A DNA stretch of 64,000 nucleotides, taken from an uncultured Magnetococcales bacterium. GTDB taxonomy: Bacteria > Pseudomonadota > Magnetococcia > Magnetococcales > CAYFNE01. The notes beneath the pieces are model-generated. The model was given only the letters and a program-made list of their open reading frames with translations, did no database searches and was not told the DNA's origin. A program made the translations under genes and the position numbers. Numbering within the stretch: the stretch's first letter is position 1; each line of letters opens with the position of its first letter. Below are positions 1-8,340 of the stretch, in pieces. Location: positions 4,344 to 68,343 of the forward strand of contig CAYFNE010000016.1 in the NCBI GenBank assembly GCA_964344355.1, written 5' to 3'.

Positions 1-573
1 GTCCACCCGTTGTCCCATGAACTGTTCCGGGGACATGTAACTGGGCGTGCCCATCACCGCCCCCATTTGCGTCATGGTGGAGCTTTCCACCCGGGCGATG
101 CCGAAATCGGCCACTTTGACCTGGCCGTTGTCCAGCAGGATGATGTTGGCCGGCTTCATGTCCCGGTGTACGACGCCGCCGGCATGGACATAATCCATGG
201 CCGACAGGGTCTGTTCCATGATGTCCACCACCTGGGAAACTTCGAAACGGGCCTGCTCCTTGATGTAATCCTTGAGCTCCTTGCCCTCGATGAACTCCAT
301 GGCGATGAACGGTGTGCCCTGCTCCTCGCCATATTCATAGACGGCGACGATATTTTGGTGCATCAACCGCCCGGCGGCCTGCGCTTCGCGTTTGAAACGG
401 GCCAGCAACTCTTGCCCGCCATCCCCTTCGAGGAGGGCTTTGTGGACGGTCTTGATGGCCACGCGCCGCTCGATGACCGGATCGTTTCCCTCGTAGACGA
501 TGCCCATGGCCCCCTTGCCGAGGACGCGGGTGACTTCATATTTTCCCAGTTTTTTCGGTATTTCGTCGGCCAT
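1..573 (-). CDS. Ser/Thr protein kinase, N-terminal catalytic domain (gene continues beyond window start)
   Basis: Absent from the ORF track because there is no stop in the window. Hand translation of the reverse strand from ATG (573-571) gives MADEIPKKLGKYEVTRVLGKGAMGIVYEG..RVAIKTV..VVHRDMKPANIILL..VKVADFGIAR..GTPSYMSPEQ. These are the Hanks glycine loop, VAIK lysine, HRDxKxxN, DFG and PxYMxPE motifs. 573 nt = 191 codons, in frame to position 1. Confidence 0.85.
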   Translation of the reverse strand, partial: MADEIPKKLGKYEVTRVLGKGAMGIVYEGNDPVIERRVAIKTVHKALLEGDGGQELLARFKREAQAAGRLMHQNIVAVYEYGEEQGTPFIAMEFIEGKELKDYIKEQARFEVSQVVDIMEQTLSAMDYVHAGGVVHRDMKPANIILLDNGQVKVADFGIARVESSTMTQMGAVMGTPSYMSPEQFMGQRVD

Positions 574-591
574 GGATCACCTCACCTCATT

Positions 592-1578
592 TCATTCATT
601 TTCATTGGCTTCAAGCCACGCCCTGGCCCGGGATGCCTCGTCGCCATCCGGCGCCAGTTGCAGATATCGTTGGAAAGCCTGCCGTGCCGATATGGCATTG
701 TGCAGGCCGGTCGCGTATACCATGCCCAAATTCCAATAGGCAATGGCGGACTCCGGGTTGATGATGATGGATCGGATCAGGGCGTTACGGGCCTTTTCAT
801 GGTCGCCCAGGTCCCGGAGCGTGGTCCCCAGTTGCAGGTGGATCTCCGATTCGTCGGGATGTTCTTCCAACAATCGTCGATATTCGGGCAGCCGCGCCCG
901 GGGATCGTCGATGGCGGCGATGTCCCGCAACTGCCGGCCGACGGGGTTCGGGTCGATGCCGGCCTTTTGCAGCAGGGTATTGAGGCGTTCGGCCGGGACG
1001 GCGAAATTGACCCCGGCCCCCTCGGTCCAGGAGCCCATGATCACCCCCACCACGGCGCCGGCGTTGTTGAGCAGCGGACCGCCGCTGTTGCCGTTGTTGA
1101 CCGTCAGATCGGTCTGGATCAAAACCTTGCCCTCCAGGTGGCGGCGGGCATTGCTCACCACCCCCCGGCTCAGGGAGTGGTCCAGGCCCATGGGACAGCC
1201 GATGGTGAACACCTCTTCGCCCAATCCCGGCGGACCTGCCGCCAGACGCAATCCGTCCACCCGGGTGGCGGGGGCTTGCAGAACCGCCACGTCCCAATCC
1301 CGATGCTGGGCCAGAACCCGCACCGGTCCGGAGTGGCCGTCCTGGAGGTGAACGGTGATTTTCGAGGCGCCCCGCACCTGATGGGAGACGGTGGCCAGCA
1401 GCTCCGGGCTGATGAAAAAACCGGAACCGCGCAGGGTGGTGCCGTCGGCCATGACACTGTGGATGCAGACGACGTTGGGGTCGATGCGTTGATAGAGTTC
1501 GGTGCGTCCTTCCGCATGGCTGCCGGTGGCCGACAGCAGGATCATCAGCAGAATGGAGATCGAGAACGGTGACCTCAT
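592..1578 (-). CDS. Secreted trypsin-like (S1/DegP-type, no PDZ) serine protease with C-terminal TPR-like region
   Basis: 328-aa ORF. It has an N-terminal signal-like segment (ILLMILLSATGSHA), the catalytic serine motif TVNNGNSGGPLL and helical TPR-like C-terminal repeats. Its start overlaps the upstream stop by 4 nt (ATGA at 1575-1578). Confidence 0.8.
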   Translation of the reverse strand: MRSPFSISILLMILLSATGSHAEGRTELYQRIDPNVVCIHSVMADGTTLRGSGFFISPELLATVSHQVRGASKITVHLQDGHSGPVRVLAQHRDWDVAVLQAPATRVDGLRLAAGPPGLGEEVFTIGCPMGLDHSLSRGVVSNARRHLEGKVLIQTDLTVNNGNSGGPLLNNAGAVVGVIMGSWTEGAGVNFAVPAERLNTLLQKAGIDPNPVGRQLRDIAAIDDPRARLPEYRRLLEEHPDESEIHLQLGTTLRDLGDHEKARNALIRSIIINPESAIAYWNLGMVYATGLHNAISARQAFQRYLQLAPDGDEASRARAWLEANENE

Positions 1579-2132
1579 GATGGTCGTCCCCCCGGTAGCG
1601 CCCGGCCCTGCCGATGGAGCCGGCTCAGGCGGATGTAGTTTTCACAGGTGGCGGCGATGCCGTTTTTTTCGGTTTCGCTCAAGGGCCGTTTATGCCGGGC
1701 CGGGGAGCCGGTCCAGAGGCTGCCGCCGTTGACGGTTTTTCCCGGTGTCACCAGGCTGCCGGCCGCCACCATGGCCCGGCTTTCGACGGTGGCGCCGTCG
1801 AGGACGATGGCGCCGATGCCGATCATGCAGCCGTTTTCCAGGCGGCAGGCGTGCAGGTTGACACCGTGGCCGATCACCACGTCATCGCCGATGATCAGCG
1901 GGACGCCTTCGGGTTTGGCCGTGGAGGGACGGGTGACGTGGAGAATCGATCCATCCTGGATGTTGGTCCGTTGGCCGATGTGGACGTGGTTGACATCGCC
2001 GCGGATGACCACCCCCGGCCAGACCGATGTTTCGGCGCCGATGGTCACATCGCCGATGATCACCGCGTCGGGGTGAATGAAGGCGCTGGCATCGATCCGC
2101 GGCAGCCGGTCGTCGAATGGATAAATCGGCAT
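1575..2132 (-). CDS. Gamma-class carbonic anhydrase-like / left-handed beta-helix (hexapeptide repeat) protein
   Basis: The protein from MPIYPFDDRLPRIDASAFIHPDAVIIGDVTIG... is the typical YrdA/PaaY-type LbH family pattern. I chose the internal ATG at 2132, which is preceded by a GGAGAG-type RBS. The track ORF extends to 2198. Confidence 0.8.
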   Translation of the reverse strand: MPIYPFDDRLPRIDASAFIHPDAVIIGDVTIGAETSVWPGVVIRGDVNHVHIGQRTNIQDGSILHVTRPSTAKPEGVPLIIGDDVVIGHGVNLHACRLENGCMIGIGAIVLDGATVESRAMVAAGSLVTPGKTVNGGSLWTGSPARHKRPLSETEKNGIAATCENYIRLSRLHRQGRALPGGRPS

Positions 2133-2245
2133 CTCTCTCCCTTCTCTCCTGAAAGCCCATCGATTATGGCACAGGAGAGCGGGAAAAATCCAAGCCAACT
2201 TCCAATCAGGTTGCTTTTTCCGGTTTTTTTCTGCGGTTCGGTCCG

Positions 2246-2989
2246 TTACCGGGGCATGGGCCGCAGGGAAAAATCCAGGCCCACCGTCAAACCGCGGCCC
2301 CTTCCCCGCCCTTTGGGGCTTTCGGCCAGATAGTCGCCGGGAATGTGAAACTCTTTTCGTTCATCATCCCAGTGGATGGTGCGGGCGGCGATCTTTTTTT
2401 GCGTTCGCGGTTGTTCCAGCAGGCCATCGGTGAAGGTGGTTTTCCGGTCCCCGGGTTTGATGACGCCATGGCGGGCCTTGAAACGGAGCAGGGTATCCCG
2501 CCCTTGCCGCACCGTCAGGGTGAAGGGGGCGAGCAATCCCCGGGTGATGCGTGTCTTCGAGGATCGTTGCCGGTTGCCGCCGCCGGCCACCGCTGCCTGA
2601 ATCCCTTGAAATCCTTCCGCCAGGGAGGGCGGCGCGGGGCGGATGGGCGTCCCCGGCGGGAGCGGGTTGTTTTCGGCGCTGGTGGGCTGGAACAGGGTGA
2701 TCCGCACATCGTGCAGCAACACCTGATGGATGGAACGGACGCGCAGGGCCAGAAAGGCCCGTTTTTTCACCTCCAGCCGTTTGGCCGTCATGGTCATGAC
2801 CGGGCGACCGTGGGACCATTTGCCATAGCGCAACCCCTCGACGGTGCGCAGAGGCGACAGCCGCTCTTCGGACAGGGGTGGGGAGAGGGGGCCACCGTTG
2901 AAAAATCCGAAAAAAATCACCCCCAGGGCGCCCAGGATCAACAGGGCGCCCAGTCCGTACAGGGAGCGGTTATGGGCTGGGAGGATCAA
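2246..2989 (-). CDS. Hypothetical membrane-anchored (periplasm-facing) protein
   Basis: 247-aa ORF with one N-terminal TM helix (LYGLGALLILGALGVIFFGFF). No family motif was recognised. It lies in the same orientation as its neighbours. Confidence 0.5.
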   Translation of the reverse strand: MILPAHNRSLYGLGALLILGALGVIFFGFFNGGPLSPPLSEERLSPLRTVEGLRYGKWSHGRPVMTMTAKRLEVKKRAFLALRVRSIHQVLLHDVRITLFQPTSAENNPLPPGTPIRPAPPSLAEGFQGIQAAVAGGGNRQRSSKTRITRGLLAPFTLTVRQGRDTLLRFKARHGVIKPGDRKTTFTDGLLEQPRTQKKIAARTIHWDDERKEFHIPGDYLAESPKGRGRGRGLTVGLDFSLRPMPR

Positions 2990-3204
2990 AGGATCGGCCG
3001 GTGGGTACCCGTACTCCTTTTTCCCCCAAAAATCCCGGGGGCATGGTCGGCCGAAAAAATCCTGCGACGGGCTTCTCCCGTACCCTCCGGATCGGGGCGT
3101 TTCATCATCGGAGTGATCATCTCTTCAGCCTTGACATCCTTTCGTTCCCATTTCGGTATGAATCGGATCTTACCCCATTGTCTGGATTTTGGGGCGCACC
3201 ATGG

Positions 3205-5373
3205 TCACTCCAGTTCCGGCAGGTTGCGCAAATCCTTCACCCGTTCGGCGGGATAGCCCAACCCTTCAAAATCGATGATGCCGTTTGTGGTATGACACTG
3301 TTTGCAACCGCGTCCTTCCCGTTGAATGCCATGGTTGATCATCAGGGTGCCCATCTGCCGCATCCAGTTGGCCTTGACGTTGCGCAGTTGACCATCCTTC
3401 CCCAGCGGATATTCGTTGGACCAGCTGTCGACACCGAAATAGTTCATGAACTCGTCCATCATGTAGAGTTTGAACGGGGTTTCGTACATGCGTTTGACGA
3501 TGGGGTTCTGGATCGCCCTGGTCATCGATGCCAGCGGATCGCCGCTCTCATAGTAGCTCGGATAGTCGAAGGGCAGGATCATCGCCCCGAACGGTCCTTG
3601 GTTGGACATGTCCTCATACATCAGGGCGTTGAACACCTTGAAGGGATAGATGCGGCTGCGGCCCCGTTCCATGATCGGACGGATGTTTTCATGGATCATT
3701 TTTTTCCGTTTTTCCAACATCTCCGGGCTCAGGGGCGCCAGGGTGTCGGTGGCCGCCTCGACATAGGCCTCGACATCGAGATCGGGATAGTGTTTTTTCA
3801 ATTTTTCCGCCGCCTGGCGGATCTCCGCCACCATCTCCGGATCGTCGATTTTAACCAGTTGTTTCATCAGTGGGTTATAAATTTCACCACCCAGGGGGTT
3901 GTTGCCCAGGGCATTGGCCAGGAAGGTACCGCTGCCGTTGAACCACAGGAATTGCAATCCCTTGCCCGCTTTGCCGGAGCGGTAGACGTCCACATAGACG
4001 AAGGCCCCTTCCTCTTCGTTCCAGACCGGATGGATCCAGTCGCGGAGCACCACGTTGTCGTCGCGCAACTCCTGGATGTGGCAGGCTTCACAGGAGACCC
4101 GGTCCACATGACCGTTGAGCAACGCCCGATCATCCTCACCCTTGATGTGCGGGGCGGCGGTATGGCACCCCTCGCAACTGACGGTGCGTCCCGGCAGATC
4201 GTTGGCCACCAGATCGACGCCCATGGTGCCCCGGGGAATTTTATGTCCCTGGGGGACATGGCAGTCGGTGCAGGTCAAACCGGCGGCGGCGTGAACATCG
4301 TTGGCCGGGGTGATGGAGTTGGCCCGTTTGGCCCCCGGGTGCAAGAGCCGTTTGTGACGGTGACCCAGGTTGCTGGGGGCCGAGTCGGGTTTCAACCCTT
4401 TTTCCGTATCGCCGCCCATGTTGTGCTGATGACAGAACAGACAGGTTTTGTTGCTCGGTTGGCCCACCGTCAACGCCGCTTTCAACGACCGGTCCTGGTT
4501 CCAGCGTTTGCCATGATCATCTTCGATGACGAACCGTTCGTTCATGTCATAGTTTTGCGCATGACAGATCAGACAGTCGATGCCCTGTTTGACCGCCACC
4601 GGCACATCCCCCACCGGCATCATCTTTTCCGTGGCCGGATGATAACCGCCGCCGATGTGACATTGACCGCAACCTTCGCTGCGCAACTCGATTTCACCGT
4701 GCAGGTGTTCCGGTTTGGTTTTCACCAGTTCCGCCCAGCCGGTCCAGGAAAAGGAGCCGGGAACGCCGCAGGCACGGTCGATCTTGCCCACGGGAATGCC
4801 CCGGGAGCCCTTGGCGTTGACCTCGCGGCCATCATAACCGAAGGTGGAAAAACCGGGCTCCGACCGTTGAAAGGTGTAGTGGACCGAGGCCACCACGTCA
4901 TCCATGGTATCGACCGCATGGATGGTGCCATCCTCGCCGGTCACCCTCATCGTTTCATGACAGCGCAGACAGGTGTCGGGTCCGGTGTACTGGCGGATGC
5001 CGGCCTTGCGGAAATGGTCGATGTGCGAAAAGGGCGCCTGTTTGCTGAAGGAACGGGTTCTCATCAGCATGTTGATTTTCACCCGCCTGGCAAAGGAGTT
5101 CTCCTCCTCGGCGGTGATGGCCCGGGCGCGGCTCAACCGGTAGTGCCGGGTCAGCTCGGCGGCGATCTTTTCAAACTCCCGGTCGCTCACCGGCCGGCTG
5201 CTGTCATAAGTCAGCGGCGCGTTGACCACGCCGGTGTAGAGTTGGAACATGTGTGGGTAGAACCACTGCAGGATACCGGTCAGGATGATCACGGCGGCGA
5301 CAACGGTCAAGGCCCGTCCCAGCCCGTTCATGTTCCCGCCCGTGGGGATCCAGCTCATTCGGGTGTTCATCAC
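3205..5373 (-). CDS. Membrane-anchored octaheme c-type cytochrome
   Basis: 722-aa ORF with 8 CXXCH motifs (CLRCH, CGQCH, CLICH, CLFCH, CTDCH, CEGCH, CEACH, CKQCH) and an N-terminal TM helix (ALTVVAAVIILTGIL). Its start (GTG 5373 or ATG 5370) overlaps the stop of the cytochrome b gene. Confidence 0.85.
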   Translation of the reverse strand: MMNTRMSWIPTGGNMNGLGRALTVVAAVIILTGILQWFYPHMFQLYTGVVNAPLTYDSSRPVSDREFEKIAAELTRHYRLSRARAITAEEENSFARRVKINMLMRTRSFSKQAPFSHIDHFRKAGIRQYTGPDTCLRCHETMRVTGEDGTIHAVDTMDDVVASVHYTFQRSEPGFSTFGYDGREVNAKGSRGIPVGKIDRACGVPGSFSWTGWAELVKTKPEHLHGEIELRSEGCGQCHIGGGYHPATEKMMPVGDVPVAVKQGIDCLICHAQNYDMNERFVIEDDHGKRWNQDRSLKAALTVGQPSNKTCLFCHQHNMGGDTEKGLKPDSAPSNLGHRHKRLLHPGAKRANSITPANDVHAAAGLTCTDCHVPQGHKIPRGTMGVDLVANDLPGRTVSCEGCHTAAPHIKGEDDRALLNGHVDRVSCEACHIQELRDDNVVLRDWIHPVWNEEEGAFVYVDVYRSGKAGKGLQFLWFNGSGTFLANALGNNPLGGEIYNPLMKQLVKIDDPEMVAEIRQAAEKLKKHYPDLDVEAYVEAATDTLAPLSPEMLEKRKKMIHENIRPIMERGRSRIYPFKVFNALMYEDMSNQGPFGAMILPFDYPSYYESGDPLASMTRAIQNPIVKRMYETPFKLYMMDEFMNYFGVDSWSNEYPLGKDGQLRNVKANWMRQMGTLMINHGIQREGRGCKQCHTTNGIIDFEGLGYPAERVKDLRNLPELE

Positions 5374-5993
5374 TCTTCCTCCAGCAACTTGAAACCAAAC
5401 AGCATTTTTTTGAACTCACTGGTCAGCTTTTCCCCGATGGTGGCCAGGTAGAGGTGTCCGATCATGAACAGGGTCAGGAACAGGCCGATCAGATAGTGGA
5501 TGATGGCCACCGGCCAAAGGGGATCGATGCCCAGAAACCGTTCCGGCAGCCACTCCGGGAACAGATAGAGCAGACCGGTGACGATCAGGAGCGGCATGGC
5601 CCCGAACATCACCGCCAGATAGGTCATCTGTTGCAGGGGGTTGAACTTGGCGTCACGGCCGGGTGGAAAGGGATGATGTTCACCCTGGAACACGCCCGAG
5701 CCGTAAAATTGCGCCTGTTTGAGCAGTCGACCGGTCAAGCCCTGGAATCGGGGCCGGTAATGACGGCCGTTGCCGCTGATCACGTTGCCCACCGCATAGG
5801 CGATGAAACCGATGCCCAGCAGGATGCCGAAAAAGTTGTGCAGCAACCGGGCGGTATTGAAGGGGATCAAAAATCCGTTGGCGCCGGCGAAGTGCAGACT
5901 GGCGCCGGTCACGATCAACAGGATGAACGACAGGGCGTTGCTCCAGTGCCAGATGCGCAACCAGAGCGGGTAGAGTTCAATCGATTGTTTCAT
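5370..5993 (-). CDS. Membrane b-type cytochrome (prokaryotic cytochrome b561 / PhsC-FdnI-HydC-like)
   Basis: 207-aa ORF with about 4 TM helices. The N-terminal LWLRIWHWSNALSFILLIVTG motif and conserved His residues are typical of quinone-interacting dihaem b subunits. It overlaps both flanking cytochrome c genes. Confidence 0.75.
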   Translation of the reverse strand: MKQSIELYPLWLRIWHWSNALSFILLIVTGASLHFAGANGFLIPFNTARLLHNFFGILLGIGFIAYAVGNVISGNGRHYRPRFQGLTGRLLKQAQFYGSGVFQGEHHPFPPGRDAKFNPLQQMTYLAVMFGAMPLLIVTGLLYLFPEWLPERFLGIDPLWPVAIIHYLIGLFLTLFMIGHLYLATIGEKLTSEFKKMLFGFKLLEEE

Positions 5994-7002
5994 GGTGTTT
6001 CCTCCGGGCGGTCAACCAGCGGGCCAGACCGTGGCCACCGACGCCCAGCAGGGTCAGACCGAGGCCGATAAAGGAGAGCCAGTCCAGCCACGGTTGCCGG
6101 CTCATACCGATCACATAGGCCTCATTGTGCATGGTGCCGCTGAAAAGGCCGCCTTTTTCACGGGATTGCGGCGCCCGATAACGGTACAGCTTGGCCCGTA
6201 GCACCGAGTCGCGGCTGTGACAGGCGACACAGTTGCGTTCCGCCCGCATTTTGCCGAGGATGGTGTGGGTCCGTTCACCGAAATGGGGGGTGTGACACTC
6301 CACGCAACGTACCGCCTGCCAATGGCGTTTGGTCTTCGGCAACCAGCGGTGGGTCTCCTCCAGCGAGCTGAACAACCGTTGGCTCCTGTCACTGGCGACA
6401 CCGGGTTTGCCGTGGCACTTCAAACAGATGGCATTGCCTTCGCGCACCACTTTCGAGAGATCTTCCACCCGTGCCGCCCGTTGGAAGGCGTGGGCGTCAT
6501 GGCAGGAAAAACAGTTGAAATGGTTGGGCAGGGCCTGAAAATGGATGCTGCGTTCGAACTCCCGCTCGATCCGCTCGAACAACGCCCGTGGGAAACGGTT
6601 TTCATCGTTTTTGCCGTTGCGGTGACAATCCAGACAGCCCAACCGTTCCCGGGCCGCCTCGGGATAGTGCGGCACCACGTCCAGGGCCGCCCCGTGACAA
6701 TCCCGGCAGCCCAGCCGGCCATGGTTGGAGTCGGTGAACAGTTTGCCATCCACGAACAGGTTGATGAATCCGCCGGTGCGTTCGTCGAGATAGCCCATGG
6801 TGCGCATGCCGTGACAGCGCAGACAGGCCGCCCGGGCCCGTTGCGGACCGTTGTTTCCGGAAAGATCTCCCCCCTTGGCGAAAACCACCGCCGAAGGGGG
6901 GAGCAGGGAGAACAGGCAAACCAGAAAAAAGATCGGCAAGGATGTTCTACCAGGACGCGGATTGGATAAAAAGGCGCTCATCTGCTGGTCCGCCGTCACC
7001 AA
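5977..7002 (-). CDS. Heptaheme c-type cytochrome with C-terminal membrane anchor
   Basis: 341-aa ORF with 7 CXXCH motifs (CLRCH, CRDCH, CLDCH, CFSCH, CLKCH, CVECH, CVACH). It has an N-terminal signal/TM segment and a C-terminal TM helix (WLSFIGLGLTLLGVGG). Confidence 0.85.
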   Translation of the reverse strand: MVTADQQMSAFLSNPRPGRTSLPIFFLVCLFSLLPPSAVVFAKGGDLSGNNGPQRARAACLRCHGMRTMGYLDERTGGFINLFVDGKLFTDSNHGRLGCRDCHGAALDVVPHYPEAARERLGCLDCHRNGKNDENRFPRALFERIEREFERSIHFQALPNHFNCFSCHDAHAFQRAARVEDLSKVVREGNAICLKCHGKPGVASDRSQRLFSSLEETHRWLPKTKRHWQAVRCVECHTPHFGERTHTILGKMRAERNCVACHSRDSVLRAKLYRYRAPQSREKGGLFSGTMHNEAYVIGMSRQPWLDWLSFIGLGLTLLGVGGHGLARWLTARRKHHETID

Positions 7003-7111
7003 CCGGGTGGTTTCCCGGTGTTGTCGGTTGTTGTGGGGGATCGGGGGAGGTTTTCACCTCCCCGTCACGGTTGGGGGTTTGGATATCATTTTACCAGTAT
7101 GCCCATCTTCA

Positions 7112-8050
7112 TCAACCGTGGGTGGCGGTCGGTTGGATTTGACGATAATCCTCGGCGGTTTTGCCGGATTGATCGGTCAGGCCGGTGTCGATGCCGTTTT
7201 CGACCAACACCCTGGCGGTATCCTCATGGCCATAGCGGGTGGCCAGCATCAGGGCCGAGGTGCCATCCTCGTTGACGGCGTTGATGTCGGCGCCTTTGGC
7301 GAGGATGCGTTTGACGATGTTGGTGTGGCCTTTTTCCGAGGCCAGCAGCAGGGCCGTACAGCCACACTTGTGTTGACGGCTCAAATCGGCGCCGCTCTCC
7401 AGCAGGAGGGTGGCCACCTTCTCCTTGCCGGCATGGGCGGCCATCATCAACGGGGTGAAACCGTAGCGGTTTTGCATGTTCGGGTTGGCCCCTTTGGCCA
7501 GCAGGGCCGCCACCACCTCGTCATACCCCCGTTTGGCGGCCATCATCATGGCGGTTTCGCCTTTTTTATCGACATTGTTCAGGTTGGACCCGTTGTTCAT
7601 CAAGGTTACCGCCACCTCGGCATAGTCATATTGGGCGGCGGCGGTCAGGGCATCACGTCCGGCATCGGTCACCGCGTTCACGTCGGCGCCCTGTTCCAGG
7701 AGCAGATCGACGATCTCGACATTGCCCCATTGGGAGGCGACGATCAACGGGGTGAATCCCCAACGGTCGTGGCTGTTGACATCGGCCCCGGAGTCGATCA
7801 ACGTTTTCACCACCTCGACATGACCATTTTCGGCGGCCCAGATCAACGGGGATACATCCAGACGGCCCCTGGCTTCGGGGCTGGCCCCCTGTTGCAGGAG
7901 GGATTGCACGGTGGCGGCATCACCATCCATGGCCGCTTGAACCATGCGATCCCCGGTCGGGGCGATATTTCCGGTGCCGATGCTGGCGACGGCGACGAAT
8001 CCGGCCAGTGCGAGCATTGTCAGTTTGAGGGTCATATTCCTGGTGTTCAT
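7112..8050 (-). CDS. Secreted ankyrin-repeat protein
   Basis: 312-aa ORF with a signal peptide (KLTMLALAGFVAVASIG). It carries about 8 tandem ankyrin repeats with recurring GxTPLMxAAxxGHxxVVxLLLxxGAD-type units. Confidence 0.85.
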   Translation of the reverse strand: MNTRNMTLKLTMLALAGFVAVASIGTGNIAPTGDRMVQAAMDGDAATVQSLLQQGASPEARGRLDVSPLIWAAENGHVEVVKTLIDSGADVNSHDRWGFTPLIVASQWGNVEIVDLLLEQGADVNAVTDAGRDALTAAAQYDYAEVAVTLMNNGSNLNNVDKKGETAMMMAAKRGYDEVVAALLAKGANPNMQNRYGFTPLMMAAHAGKEKVATLLLESGADLSRQHKCGCTALLLASEKGHTNIVKRILAKGADINAVNEDGTSALMLATRYGHEDTARVLVENGIDTGLTDQSGKTAEDYRQIQPTATHG

Positions 8051-8146
8051 GGTTTCATCTCCCTGAGGGTCAGGCCTTGTTCAGAGGCCCTTGGACTGTT
8101 GGACAGTCCGGTTGTTCGGTTTGTTGCTACCTTTACCTTAAAATAT

Positions 8147-8162
8147 TGCATCCCTCATGCCA
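8147..8162 (-). promoter_or_regulatory. Candidate sigma-54 (-24/-12) promoter for the ankyrin/multiheme operon
   Basis: The reverse strand reads TGGCATGAGGGATGCA, against the consensus TGGCAC-N5-TTGCA. The GG and GC dinucleotides have the correct spacing. It lies about 95 nt upstream of the ankyrin ATG (8050). Confidence 0.5.
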
Positions 8163-8248
8163 GAATATAAATTTCATTTAAAGTGTTGAAAGTAAAGGTG
8201 TTTTTCCGACACCCCGCCCGCAGACCGAAACCGAACTGTTCCGGCCCG

Positions 8249-8282
8249 TGTCCGAGTGGTACACTCTGGGACATAATGTCCC
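8249..8282. promoter_or_regulatory. Candidate activator-binding site (TGTCC half-sites, perfect palindrome GGGACATAATGTCCC)
   Basis: The sequence GTGTCCGAGTGGTACACTCTGGGACATAATGTCCC lies between the sigma-54-like promoter and the divergent activator gene. 8268-8282 is a perfect 6-3-6 palindrome. Confidence 0.3.
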
Positions 8283-8340
8283 GAACCGGTCCCGCTGACC
8301 GCTCCCGAAGCCGCCCTTATTGCTCCGAGAAAGCCGAAAA

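Noticed and set aside
10-1572. 520-aa + strand ORF covering the left end
   Set aside because: It is antisense to two ORFs with clear family motifs (Hanks kinase, and S1 protease with GNSGGP). Its own translation is Gly/Arg/His/Asp-rich low-information sequence, typical of antisense frames in GC-rich DNA.
3001-5451. 816-aa + strand ORF
   Set aside because: It is antisense to the octaheme cytochrome (8 CXXCH motifs) and has no recognisable motifs of its own.
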